63,203 nucleotides of DNA, filler included, from Octopus bimaculoides (GCF_001194135.2; 6 parts of 6 records of this genome joined end to end with filler, not necessarily neighbours in it), one strand, 5' to 3'. Positions 48,738 through 61,820 are shown, counted from the whole stretch's first letter. Notes: a model not told the origin generated them from the sequence alone. A program made the numbers and translations.

Positions 48738-49344
48738 TGTGTGTTTGGTGTTGCAAGCAGGAAAACTAAAACTAAAAACACGAGTATATATTTTTCTTCA
48801 TGTTTCGCAGAAGCAACAGAGTGACACAAGGGATGAGAGTTTTATGTGTCAGCATATATCAACCACGTTTCAGAAGTATTAACGCACGAAACTCTCAGCC
48901 CTTCAGTCACTCTGTTGTTTATGCCATATATCAGCAATATATATGTATATATATATATATATATATATNNNNNNNNNNNNNNNNNNNNNNNNNNNNNNNN
49001 NNNNNNNNNNNNNNNNNNNNNNNNNNNNNNNNNNNNNNNNNNNNNNNNNNNNNNNNNNNNNNNNNNNNNNNNNNNNNNNNNNNNNNNNNNNNNNNNNNNN
49101 NNNNNNNNNNNNNNNNNNNNNNNNNNNNNNNNNNNNNNNNNNNNNNNNNNNNNNNNNNNNNNNNNNNNNNNNNNNNNNNNNNNNNNNNNNNNNNNNNNNN
49201 NNNNNNNNNNNNNNNNNNNNNNNNNNNNNNNNNNNNNNNNNNNNNNNNNNNNNNNNNNNNNNNNNNNNNNNNNNNNNNNNNNNNNNNNNNNNNNNTATAT
49301 ATATATACGTATATATGTTTGTGTGTGTGTGTGTGTGTATTTTT

Positions 49345-49515
49345 GTGTGTCTGTGTTTGTACCCCCGCCATTGCTTGGCAACCGATATTGGTGTGTTTAC
49401 ATCCTCGTAACTTACCGGTTATATATAATTAAAGACCGATTGAATTAGCACTAGACTTACAAAGAATAAGTCTTCCAGCTTGGCCACAGTCAAATGACTG
49501 AAACAAATAAAAGAA
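49345..49515 (+). mobile_element. SINE family A 3' half
   Basis: CAACCGATATTGGTGTGTTTACATCC ... CAGCTTGGCCACAGTCAAATGACTGAAACAAATAAAAGAA. Confidence 0.75.
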
Positions 49516-49553
49516 TATATATAAATACATACACATACACATACACATATATA

Positions 49554-49776
49554 CCGGGTGGTGCAGAAGTTTGGACCCATAGGCAATTTATTATATAACA
49601 ATTTACGGTTTAGAAGTTATCTTTCTAAAATTGTAATAGTTTTTCTGGCATGGCTACCGATCTGAAAGACAGCAAAATAGAATTAGATATGATAATTATA
49701 TGATCAAAATCATGTTAAAGATAAGAAATACTTTTTTCGTAATTTCTCTATGGGTCCAGACTTTTGCACCACCCTT
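49554..49776. mobile_element. Tc1/mariner-type MITE (223 bp)
   Basis: TIRs CCGGGTGGTGCAGAAGTTTGGACCCATAG / CTATGGGTCCAGACTTTTGCACCACCCTT, with TA on both sides (49552-49553 and 49777-49778). Confidence 0.85.
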
Positions 49777-49973
49777 TATAAATATATATATATATATATA
49801 TAGGTATCGAGAAATCAAGTTATATCGCCTGAAGAGGTACTTCTGCACTGCAAGGTACATTGGAATTTATTGTATAGATTCTCAACCACGAGGGAGTAGT
49901 GGAGGATGTGCCGGAACAATCATTGGGATAAACACAGCTTCCAATATACTCTATCCTCCGTATCAACTGTTTC

Positions 49974-50009
<36 letters not shown>

Positions 50010-50316
50010 TTACTAAATGGAGTAAATTTACTAAATTTACTAAATTTATATATTTACTCAAGTACCCAAAATAACAAGGAGTTTCTACCTCATAAACAGG
50101 AGTTACACCACAGTAATTTTGTGATCTTTGCTACCCTGGTATCTATTAACCAATTTATTTTGTCCGAGTTAATTATTAACTTAGAGAAAATAAATACATA
50201 TAATAATAATAATATATATATATATATATACGTAAGTAAGCACATAGATACACACACGCACTCACACACGAACACATACGATCATATATATATACGAATA
50301 TATATACATACATATA

Positions 50317-50892
50317 CAGACATGCAGGAAATGAATAGACACCTTTAATTTTCAAAATCTTTTATTTGATATTAATTGGTTGAAGGAGAGGTTTTCTTCT
50401 AGCTGCTCGTCCATAATACCTCAGCTTATGCAGATATGTAACACACATTCTTGGACTACCTTCTTGCTGTTTTGCAATGTCAGAACCCTTCGAATGGGGG
50501 TTCGTTTTCCACAATTCTCTTCAAACAGCGAAGCTTCCTTTCCGAGGGCCCAGGTCGGCCTGGACGAGAATCTGTTGATTCTTTTCCTTGGCTTTTGAAT
50601 TGCACTATAATTCTATTAACAGTAGCAAGAGGAATTTGAAGATTTTTCGGCAATTTTTCGCTGGCTAAGACCAGCCTCAGATTGCCCAACAATACAACCT
50701 CTTTGAAAATCTGAGAGTTCTACTGAATCTTTTGTGCGTAGCATGGTTACTCTTCGCAAATGTTTAATATAATGGCACCTGGAATGAATAATAATAATTA
50801 CATTGTAAATTCTACACCACTGAAAACATATTAAGACGCTTAGATCAGAAATTTTGAAAATTTAAGGTGTCTATTTACTTCCTGCATGTCTG
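50317..50892 (-). mobile_element. Internally deleted Tc1-like transposon
   Basis: 42-bp TIRs CAGACATGCAGGAA... Minus strand encodes [30 protein letters not shown]...KRIVENEP and SDIAKQ...YLHKLRYYGRAARRKPLL (Tc1 HTH region); no DDE domain. Confidence 0.88.
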
Positions 50893-50938
50893 TGTATATG
50901 TATATATACTTACATACATATATACACACATGCATATA

Positions 50939-51000
<62 letters not shown>

Positions 51001-51013
51001 NNNNNNNNNNNNN

Positions 51014-51064
<51 letters not shown>

Positions 51065-51239
51065 CACACACAGAAATACGCTAATAATATATACATATGT
51101 GTACATATGTATATTATTGTGTATATGTGCGTATATGTTTGTGGGTACACGTGTATGTTAATGTCTTGTTTTGACATCGTGTGATAGTTGCAAGTGAGTG
51201 TCATCGTGTGCAAATGCTGTCACTCATTTCGAATCTTCC

Positions 51240-51408
51240 GTGAAAGCATGTCTAGCCATGGGGAAATATTACCTTGCTTGGAAACAGTGGTGGGGCGGAG
51301 TGATAACAGGAAATGCATTCGGCCGTAGAAAATTCACCAAAACAAATTCCGTCTGATCCATGCAAATATGGAAATGTGGACGTTAAAACGATGATGATGA
51401 TGATGATC
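51240..51408 (+). mobile_element. (GAT)n-tailed family D variant 3' end
   Basis: CCATGCAAATATGGAAATGTGGACGTTAAAACGATGATGATG; homologous to 23039-23270. Confidence 0.75.
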
Positions 51409-51645
51409 CGTACTTTAATATCCCCACAGCCTCAATTTCTAACGTGTTTTTTCCTCATGATTTCGAGATATTCTGTGAGAACGATTTGGTTTTTATTTCT
51501 AGCTGGTTGGGTTGCTATGTAGGTATTCTTTCTTTGGCGCCAGAACATAGAGTATATTCCATTCTTTCGCTAGAAGATTCCATCCGGGCAAACGAAAGAA
51601 ACAAATTTTAAATCAATATTTGGTTCGTTAAGGAAATCTGTTTTT

Positions 51646-51676
<31 letters not shown>

Positions 51677-51722
51677 TCTATTCACATATACATATACACG
51701 CACACAGGCTCAAGCAGACACT

Positions 51723-51756
<34 letters not shown>

Positions 51757-51778
51757 TACACACACGCATGGATGTATG

Positions 51779-51833
<55 letters not shown>

Positions 51834-52828
51834 GTCTGTCTGTCTATATATATGTGTGTGTGTATGTGTGTGTGTGTATTTGTGTATGTGTGTGTGTGCT
51901 TGTGTATGTGTGTGCGTGCTTGTGTATGTGTGCAGAAGTGCGTTCGTATATATATAAATATGTATGTATCTATCATTGTGTGTATGTCATTTATTTCATA
52001 TATATATATATGTATATATACATACATATATATATACATATATATATACATATATATGCATATATATGCATATATGTGTAAAAATGTGTATATGTATGCA
52101 TATATATATATATATATGTATGTGTATATATATGTATATATAAATATCTATGTGTGTATATATATATATGAGTGTGTGTGTATCTTTCACTGCTCCCTCT
52201 TGTTCCAATCTTAACGGGTTTGCAGGTTTACTGTGTAAGTTGATGGATCATGTTTGCGAAGTATTCGAGTTTTAGCGGATAATTGCAGTTGGCCAAAACT
52301 GATAAGGTGTCAACATCATGCATGACGAGTTAACAGGGTGTGTGTTTGTGTTGGTGTGTTTACAACCAGTAACGTGTTGTTGTTCTATTGATGTTGTTGA
52401 TATTGTTGTTGTTGATATTGTTGTTGTCTTCGTCGTCGTCGTCATCGTTGTTGTTGTTGTTGTTGTTTATCTTGAGGCGAAATGCTGAAGAAAGAGAATT
52501 ATAATAACACTTTCCAAACACCTTTTCCATCTCAAATATCTCGCATTCTATACTATTGTCACCTCGCTCTAAGAAGGATCGTTAAATTGCTAAAGCTTTG
52601 CTATTAAATTCTGGATAGTTTGTTCGTTTACAGATCTTAGTTTTGCTCTTCTTCGTCATGGAAATGTTATCCGTGATAGTCTGGTGTCTTATCCCAGATG
52701 TTGTGTATCTCTCGTTTTCTTGCTGTCTTTAAAAGCGATGAAAACTTCTGAAACAGTGGATTGCAGGGTTTCAAACGTTGACAAATGCTTGAAATATAAA
52801 AGAAATACATTATTACTGTTTCTTTTGA

Positions 52829-53257
52829 AGGAGGAGAGCTGGCAGAAACGTTAGCACGCTAAACGAAATGCTTAGCGGTATTTCATCTGTCTTTATGTTC
52901 TGGGTTCAAATTCTGCCAAGGTTGACTTTGCCTTTCATCCTTTCGAGGTCGATTAAATAAGTACCAGTTACGCACTGGGGTCGATGTAATCAACTTAATA
53001 CCTTTGTCTGTCGTTGTTTGTCCCCTCTATGTTTGGCCCCTTTTGGGCAATAAAGAAACAAGAAACGTAAGCACGCCGGGCGAAATGTTTAGCGGTATTT
53101 CGTCTGTCTTTACGTTCTGAGTTCAAATTCCGCCGAGGTCGACTTTGCCTTTCATCCTTTCGAGATCGATAAATTAAGAACCAGTTGCATACTGGAGTAC
53201 ATCTAATGGACTAGCCTCCTCCCCAAAAAATTTCGGGCCTTGTGCCTAGAGTAGAAA
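52829..53257 (+). mobile_element. SINE family B dimer
   Basis: Two consecutive AGAAACGT(T/A)AGCACGC...G(G/A)GTTCAAATTC...CTTTCATCCTTTCGAG units with different tails. Confidence 0.85.
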
Positions 53258-53337
53258 AGAATTATAATCCAGGTTGTCTTTTCAACGAAGCCTAACTCCA
53301 TAACAATAATATTTATTTAACTATTAGAGTCATTATT

Positions 53338-53695
53338 AACTCGGTGAGCTAACAGAATTGTTAGCATACCAGTCACACGACTTAACAAACATCACATCCG
53401 TCTTTATGTTCTGAGTTCAAATTCTGCTGAGGCTCCGTTTGATGTTTTAAAAAATCTTTTTAGGGCTTAATAAAGTAAAGTACCAGTCAAGTACCTTTCG
53501 GGGTCGATATATTCAGTACCAGTTGTGTAATGGGGTCGATCTAATCGACTGACATCCTCCCTCAAAACTTCGGTTCTTGTGCCTAGAGTAGAAAATATCA
53601 TTATTCCTTTCTGCTATAGGGACAAGGCCTGAAATTTTCGTGGAGGGAGTTTGTCGGTGACATCGACTCCAGTATTTGACTGGTACTTGTTTTAT
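53338..53695. mobile_element. Diverged SINE B copy plus two tail fragments in opposite orientation
   Basis: Head at 53338-53500; + tail AGTACCAG...TTGTGCCTAGAGTAGAAAA (53516-53600); - tail GGGACAAGGCCTGAAATTT...CTGGTACTT (53620-53690). Confidence 0.7.
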
Positions 53696-54006
53696 TTTAA
53701 CAAGGCTGTTAATCCCAATTCGTAATTCTCTAGAATAATAATATTTTAACACCATTTCAATTGAAACTCAAAATATAGACTGAATATGTGTTCCTGTCAA
53801 TACATTAGTAAATAACTTTTAAAGAGGTGACTTGTATCTGCGCTAGCTCTTTGTCATAAATTGAATCTCAGCAGCTGAACATATGTATCTCTCTTTATAT
53901 ACTGCAGTTGATACAATCTACAATTTTGAGTTGCTGATGAAATTATAAAAAATTATAAAGTCCTGTGGACATAATTGTGTCGAGTCCTGGGACTCACATG
54001 GCCCGG

Positions 54007-54196
54007 TTATTGGTTCTCATGGCATAAGTAACCGAGATCACAACACCCTTCAAAACGGGACGCCAGTCCGTCGGAGTGTTGCTTATGTACAGCCGAGTGA
54101 GCCGAGGCAAGAACGTGAAATGAAGTGTCTGGCATCGCCTGGTCCGGAAATCGATCTTGCGATTGTAAGTGCAACACCGTTAAACACTCGGCCACG
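54007..54196 (-). mobile_element. tRNA-derived SINE, family C
   Basis: Minus strand begins CGTGGCCGAGTGTTTAACGGTGTTGCACT (A-box-like), then AGACACTTCATTTCACGTT ... GACGGACTGGCGTCCCGT. Single copy here, so weaker. Confidence 0.6.
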
Positions 54197-56367
54197 AACC
54201 TTCACCAAATTGCAAGCCTGAAACTCAAATTATAGACTTGCTCATTTAAACTAACATCATCCCATAAGTTCAAACTACTTGCATTTGAGCAGAGAATATT
54301 TAAGCCACATAAACTGAAGATAAACCATCTCAATACGATTCAGAAGAGAAGTAGTATTTTGTTTACTAGTGAATCGATAGACAGGGGAAATTTAAGTGTA
54401 TAACTTCAGTATTCCTTGAAGCGCTGATTGTAATGAAATATTTATCTTTGTTTAAGATTTGTTACTCAAAATAATTTAATCTTCTCTATGAAGCATTAAA
54501 ATATCTTCATTTGAATATTCTCTTGATTAAAGAAAAAGAAAAAAAAAAAAGACCTCTTATATCTCGATATTTAAGAACCGTATTTATTAGTACAGATTGA
54601 ATGCTTTTTTTTTCTGAAGAGCAAATTCTTTGATCTACCGACAAAACAGCGTAGGAGGTAAACTATATCTAAAAAAAAAAAAAAAGAGAGAAAAAGAACA
54701 ACTTATTCCGTCGATGGTTTATGCGAACATAAATAGATTTGAGGGAATATTAGAAAACAAAAATAAAAAAAGAACTGCAAATCACCCAAAAATCTGTATG
54801 CGACTTGGTTTCAAATTTTTAACTTGATTTCATTTATTGCGAGTATTCACAGACAATGTCTGGTTCTCTCACAGACGAACGATTTTATTTTCTTCTATTT
54901 CAAGCATTAACCAAACGAATTTTCAGGTGAGACATCAGTAGTATCAATCTATAAACACTTCATCAGTAACTTTAACTGTTTGCAAAAGAATGGTCTACAT
55001 GAATAAATGAATAAAGAAATCAGTAGAAGCGTTATGAGACTTCAAGCTGTATGTCACCTATGTGTGAGCTGGTCATATGAGGAAGAATAGGAGGAGGAGG
55101 AGGAGGAGGAGGAAAAGAGAAGCAATCAAGGGTTACAGAACCTCTTGGAGGTTCCTCAGCTTGAGGATAAGGGAATGGCCTGTATATATACAGGTTTGCT
55201 GCGAATGCTCAATAAGCAATCCCGGAAAAAAATCATGGGTTGCGAAGCATAGAACCCGTTAACTACCCTGCCGTGTTTCCGGGAAATCTTGAAGCTCTCA
55301 GAAAAGAGAAATGTCACATCATTGGAAAGCAGGATGGTAATAGGTAATGGAAGAGCAAGACATGGAAATATTTTGTCTTTGAATTTCTTTCCAACTTCCC
55401 CCAAATCACACTTTCATGGATCTTGGTCTGGGAAACCCATCAATCTGACTGGCACTGCAGTCAACTATAGGACCTGCGACCATAAATGAGAAATTTGCAA
55501 TCGAATGACATTCAGCCCAAGCAACCTCGACCAGATGATGATGATGATTGTCGTAGCACTGATGAGATGTCTCATGAATGCTACAGGTAATATGGAATAC
55601 AGCACAACCTGATACATAGTCGGGTCGTCACCGGCTAAACCGGCCCTCTCATTAGGTTTACCTGGTGAGGAGGATTGCTAGAAATCTAAAGGACAGATGA
55701 ACCTAGTGAAGGTTCAACCATTATCTAGCAATAGCACAGTCCCTTAGAAATTCCGGGTTGGTGTCCGGCATGCTGGAAGACCACTGGGAATGATGTACCC
55801 CTTAGCTTTTGTTAAAGCATGCCTCTAGAATCTGCTGGAGACTCAGACTGAGTCTGCTCCAATAATCAGCAGTGACTTGCTCACCAAATGCTCTGCGACC
55901 ATCGATTATAAACAGCAAGATGAGCTGGTACACGTCACACCATTCCAAAGAGTGTATGAATGTGACAGGGGACCACATGTGAACTTGTATTTTCAGTGAA
56001 TCTTGGGACATGATCCGTTGATCGGAGCCGGTTCAATCCACCAAGGGTAAATGCCGCAGCATGTGAGAGGATAAATTCATGAAAATATATTAATGCGTAG
56101 CCATGGTGTGTTAGAGAAGGCTAAAATTATATAGACTTAATTACACGTCAACGGCATAGAGTAAACGTATAGAAATTGTTTAAGCATCCAATAAAGCACA
56201 ACTATCCTGCAGTTCTGACAAATGGAGAAGGGAGGATGGACAGTTGGATAGAAGGCACTCAAAAGCCTGAGTTACAAAAAAAAAATGTAATCGTTTTATC
56301 TTGACAAGAAAAACAAGAAACAAATTTTAAAAAGTAACATATATGTATGTGTGTATACATCTACAGG

Positions 56368-56450
<83 letters not shown>

Positions 56451-56876
56451 NNNNNNNNNNNNNNNNNNNNNNNNNNNNNNNNNNNNNNNNNNNNNNNNNN
56501 NNNNNNNNNNNNNNNNNNNNNNNNNNNNNNNNNNNNNNNNNNNNNNNNNNNNNNNNNNNNNNNNNNNNNNNNNNNNNNNNNNNNNNNNNNNNNNNNNNNN
56601 NNNNNNNNNNNNNNNNNNNNNNNNNNNNNNNNNNNNNNNNNNNNNNNNNNNNNNNNNNNNNNNNNNNNNNNNNNNNNNNNNNNNNNNNNNNNNNNNNNNN
56701 NNNNNNNNNNNNNNNNNNNNNNNNNNNNNNNNNNNNNNNNNNNNNNNNNNNNNNNNNNNNNNNNNNNNNNNNNNNNNNNNNNNNNNNNNNNNNNNNNNNN
56801 NNNNNNNNNNNNNNNNNNNNNNNNNNNNNNNNNNNNNNNNNNNNNNNNNNNNNNNNNNNNNNNNNNNNNNNNNNNN

Positions 56877-56924
<48 letters not shown>

Positions 56925-57426
56925 ATATATACATATATATATACATATATATATATACATACATACATACACACATATGTATATGTATGGATGTATGTAA
57001 ACATTATATGTATAAATTTTATACTTTATGATATTATATACGTGGAAAATAGAATGTAGCCAAATAAATCAATGATGCTGATGATGGTAATAGTGGTTGT
57101 TCTGAGGATGATGGCGCTGATGATAATGGCAGCGATAACCACAACTGCTGACGTCGCCGCCACCGCTACCAGCCGCAACACCGTCACCAATACCAGCACA
57201 ACCACCGCCGCCGTCGCCGTCATGGCAATATCGAATATAGTTACCGATTCCTCTGTACCGAAAGAAACAATTCATCATGGACGTCATTAAATTTCATATT
57301 AAATGCACATTATGTTGCACAGTAAGATGCAGTCATGCGTGGAAGCCATTTACAATTATTTAGTTTACAATACGGCTTGTGTACACTTTCTCTCCCACTG
57401 TGTGCATGTCTGTGTACATACGCATC

Positions 57427-57462
<36 letters not shown>

Positions 57463-57487
57463 ACTGTCTATTTGTCTGTCCCGCTCG

Positions 57488-57522
<35 letters not shown>

Positions 57523-57995
57523 NNNNNNNNNNATATATATATATATATATATATATATATCTACAGAGAGAGAGAGAGGGAGGGGAGAGAGAGAGGGAGA
57601 GAAAGAGAAGGAGGGAAAGAAAGAGAAGGAGGGAGAGAGAGAGGGACGTCTATGTATACATATATATACACACTTGTATATAGATATGTATATAAATACA
57701 TAAATATATATATTCATTCGTGTACACATTGATACATACACATATATAAACTTATGTAAATACGTGTGTTAGCGTGTTTGGTTGGTGTTGATGCAGAGGT
57801 AGCCAGGGACGTACAAGTCATACGAATTTGCGTATGTCAGTGCACTCCGTGCATCTTAAAATTATATATGCATGTATATTTTCCGTTCGAACAATTCATT
57901 TCGAAGTAATAAAAGACAATATGCGACTGCGTAAAAATCGTGTACAAGTACATACAATTGCATACGCATAATACACACATGTATACACATAAACA

Positions 57996-58037
<42 letters not shown>

Positions 58038-58499
58038 TATATACATCCATATACATACAGATAAAACACACACACAAAACGTAGAAACACACCTACACAC
58101 AAATATACAGACGTAAACGCATGCTCCGATAAGGATGCACGCTGTAGAAAGACAAAATGGGCTAAACAGAACAGGAAGAGACACGAGGTATGGCGAGCTG
58201 TTGAAGAGGTCACAGGAGGTATGGCGAAAGACTTTCGGACAAAGGACAAGAAATAATACAAATAATAAATCTGAAGTGTAGAACGAATATATAGTGCATA
58301 CACACATACGCACACACAAATATGCATATATAGCATTTTGCATGCAGGATTGAGTTCTTCCTATTCTGATAATTTACACCTAAATTCTTCTCTCTATAGA
58401 ACTACCTATCGCAATATATGTAAATTTATGTACACACCTATGTAGACACACACACACACACACACGTACACACATACACACACACACATATATATACAT

Positions 58500-58530
<31 letters not shown>

Positions 58531-58630
58531 NNNNNNNNNNNNNNNNNNNNNNNNNNNNNNNNNNNNNNNNNNNNTTAATTAATTAANNNNNNNNNNNNNN
58601 NNNNNNNNNNNNNNNNNNNNNNNNNNNNNN
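58531..58630. other. Assembly linker N44-TTAATTAATTAA-N44
   Basis: Palindrome at 58575-58586. Confidence 0.95.
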
Positions 58631-58664
<34 letters not shown>

Positions 58665-59236
58665 TAGGGCGTGACAGCACTAAGCAGTGATGTGCATAAA
58701 TACAAATTTGTTAACAGTTCAAATATGGTTAAACCAGTTTCGAACCCGTGTAGGAACCATTCACCGTAGTTTGTCACAGAGAAAATTTCTCACTGTAGAT
58801 AAAAATGTCGTTTTTTGTATTTGGCTTGCAAAATTCTTCTCAACTAACAAATCGATTGTTCGATTAATCATTCTGTTAATCAATCACTTGTGTTTGGCAC
58901 CTCCATTTCACAGCCATTCGAACTCATCTTCAAGAAACGGCCGCTTTATTCCACAGCAGCTTAATATCCGTCTCCGTTCTATTTTCTGGTCCATTTGGTT
59001 GTGTCTTTCTCTTATTCTTTCACATGTCCCACGACGAGGGGTTTCCACAGTTTGTTATTTGTATTATTTCTTTCTCTGATGTGAATCTCGCCCTTGTGAG
59101 AAGTCTCTTGAGATTTGGTGGCTCTAGAGATCTAATTATTGCTTGTAAGAGATTTGGTGATTGACTGAGAATTTAGAAGGTTATTGTGGCTCCTAGCATA
59201 ATGGCTGAAAACAAAGGGATTATTCAATTCTGCATG

Positions 59237-59277
<41 letters not shown>

Positions 59278-60078
59278 NNNNNNNNNNNNNNNNNNNNNNN
59301 NNNNNNNNNNNNNNNNNNNNNNNNNNNNNNNNNNNNNNNNNNNNNNNNNNNNNNNNNNNNNNNNNNNNNNNNNNNNNNNNNNNNNNNNNNNNNNNNNNNN
59401 NNNNNNNNNNNNNNNNNNNNNNNNNNNNNNNNNNNNNNNNNNNNNNNNNNNNNNNNNNNNNNNNNNNNNNNNNNNNNNNNNNNNNNNNNNNNNNNNNNNN
59501 NNNNNNNNNNNNNNNNNNNNNNNNNNNNNNNNNNNNNNNNNNNNNNNNNNNNNNNNNNNNNNNNNNNNNNNNNNNNNNNNNNNNNNNNNNNNNNNNNNNN
59601 NNNNNNNNNNNNNNNNNNNNNNNNNNNNNNNNNNNNNNNNNNNNNNNNNNNNNNNNNNNNNNNNNNNNNNNNNNNNNNNNNNNNNNNNNNNNNNNNNNNN
59701 NNNNNNNNNNNNNNNNNNNNNNNNNNNNNNNNNNNNNNNNNNNNNNNNNNNNNNNNNNNNNNNNNNNNNNNNNNNNNNNNNNNNNNNNNNNNNNNNNNNN
59801 NNNNNNNNNNNNNNNNNNNNNNNNNNNNNNNNNNNNNNNNNNNNNNNNNNNNNNNNNNNNNNNNNNNNNNNNNNNNNNNNNNNNNNNNNNNNNNNNNNNN
59901 NNNNNNNNNNNNNNNNNNNNNNNNNNNNNNNNNNNNNNNNNNNNNNNNNNNNNNNNNNNNNNNNNNNNNNNNNNNNNNNNNNNNNNNNNNNNNNNNNNNN
60001 NNNNNNNNNNNNNNNNNNNNNNNNNNNNNNNTATACATGCTTTGAATACCTATAAACGCAATATATATTAGTATACAA

Positions 60079-60320
60079 GGCGCCGAGCTGGCAGAAACGT
60101 TAGCACGCCGGGCGAAATGCTTAGCGGTGTTTCGTTTGTCTTTACGTTCTGAGTTCAAATTCCGCCGATGTTGACTTTGCCTTTCATCCAAAATTTCTGG
60201 CCTTGTAAAAGAATATTTATTAGTATACAAGGCGGCGAGATGGCAGCATCGGTAGCACGCTGGCGAAATGCTTAACGGTACTTCGTCTATCTTTACGTTC
60301 TGAGTTCAAATTCGCCGCCC
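60079..60320 (+). mobile_element. Two tandem SINE B copies; the first is flanked by a 13-bp direct repeat
   Basis: TATTAGTATACAA at 60066-60078 and 60218-60230, each followed by GGCG(C/G)CGAG. Confidence 0.85.
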
Positions 60321-60555
60321 TGAATAAATCTACTAATAAATATTGCCTTTATAGGTATTCAGAGACTCTAAGTTCAAGTGCTTGGTTAGCGTTCCAGTTG
60401 AAACTTAGAGTACCAAGGAGACTGAACCAAACAGTTTTGATCATTACTTATAACTTCCAGTTAATGTGTTGAGTGTCATTCTTTCGTTTGTCTACTCGCT
60501 CGTATACATACATACATACATACATACATACATACATGCATGCATATATATATAT

Positions 60556-60760
60556 AGTGAGAATTTACAAAAAAAGCAAAGGACGAAGACGGGTGTGTAA
60601 ACAACAAACAGCTTTATTAGTTTGACGCTCGGGAAGGTGAGAAAGTCTTTTACGTTTCGAGCATACGCTCTTCGACAGAAAGGAAAGCAGAAATTAACAG
60701 GGAGAGAAAATAAAAAGGTCTAGTGGTTAGCGATCTATCATGGCGAATGCCGGACATTTC
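60556..60760 (-). mobile_element. Second copy of the hammerhead-motif repeat
   Basis: Minus strand CCTTTCTGTCGAAGAGCGTATGCTCGAAACGTAAAAGAC at 60683-60645. Confidence 0.55.
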
Positions 60761-60922
60761 AAGACTATGGAAATATTAAAACAGACAAACACATCATGTA
60801 AATATTCTACGATTCAATTGTTTTTCTTACTAAAATGTTCGTCATGATAAAATTATTTTTAAATGTTCTATGTTGACTTATTTTCCTTACACACACACAC
60901 ATACACACACACACACACACAC

Positions 60923-61022
60923 NNNNNNNNNNNNNNNNNNNNNNNNNNNNNNNNNNNNNNNNNNNNTTAATTAATTAANNNNNNNNNNNNNNNNNNNNNN
61001 NNNNNNNNNNNNNNNNNNNNNN
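60923..61022. other. Assembly linker N44-TTAATTAATTAA-N44
   Basis: Palindrome at 60967-60978. Confidence 0.95.
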
Positions 61023-61075
<53 letters not shown>

Positions 61076-61265
61076 CCACACACACATATGGAGACAAATA
61101 AACTGGAGAGTTTACGATCAGAAACAACAACTTATTGGCAGTGTAAGTTGTTCACTTTTTCCCATATCGAAGTTGCGAGGAAATTTTAGACTGAAAGTTT
61201 CTGTATAGCTTATGATTAGCAATTAGTGTTGCTATGAATGAAAATAAAAATTTTAATTGATGGAC

Positions 61266-61445
61266 TGGAGCAGGTCAAATACTGGCTACATATTTTTGCT
61301 AGTTAGCTGATCCTACCCTCAACAAGGGTAGTCAGTATTCGCACTTTTTATCCGCATTCATACTGAGTACCCCTCGTTGAGGATTTGTTACATCAGAGGA
61401 TCAGCTAGCTAGGAAACATATTTAGCCTGAATTTTACCTGTTCCA
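61266..61445. repeat. 180-bp foldback (MITE-like)
   Basis: GGAGCAGGTCAAATACTGGCTACATATTTTTGCTAGTTAGCTGATCCT pairs with AGGATCAGCTAGCTAGGAAACATATTTAGCCTGAATTTTACCTGTTCC; the inner arms also pair. Confidence 0.8.
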
Positions 61446-61557
61446 CTCTCTCAATTCTAAAATATATTTACAATTGTATGATAATATGTCATAATGATAT
61501 ATATTCTCCGATGTGAAGCGACAAATTTTAAGCACAAACATATGACCGAAAAATGAT

Positions 61558-61820
61558 GAGCTAACCCTAGACAGAATCGAACCCACAAATCAACGCCCAC
61601 ACGGCTCTTTGCGCATCCGATTTCAGTCATAGTAGCTTTCTCTCTGTAACTTGGAAAGCCTTTCTGGTTTGTTTACAAATATTATATGTAGTATTAGACG
61701 GTTTAAGTAAATTTTCATTATATTTGGCTGAAATTGATGGGTGAGCGTTTGGCCCAATCGGATGCGATAGGAGCCATGTAAGCGTTGATTTGTGGGTTTG
61801 ATTCTGGCTATGGTTAGCTC
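61558..61820. repeat. MITE-like element with ~65-bp imperfect TIRs
   Basis: GAGCTAACCCTAGACAGAATCGAACCCACAAATCAACGC...GCATCCGATT versus AATCGGATGC...GCGTTGATTTGTGGGTTTGATTCTGGCTATGGTTAGCTC. Confidence 0.8.

Noticed and set aside
55553-55584. GTAGCA-CTGATGAGATGTCTCATGAA-TGCTAC hairpin containing CTGATGA
   Set aside because: No GAAA-helix III-NUH arrangement; a short single-copy hairpin is expected by chance.
58687-59079. 130-aa hydrophobic ORF
   Set aside because: T-rich frame with no recognisable motifs or splice structure.
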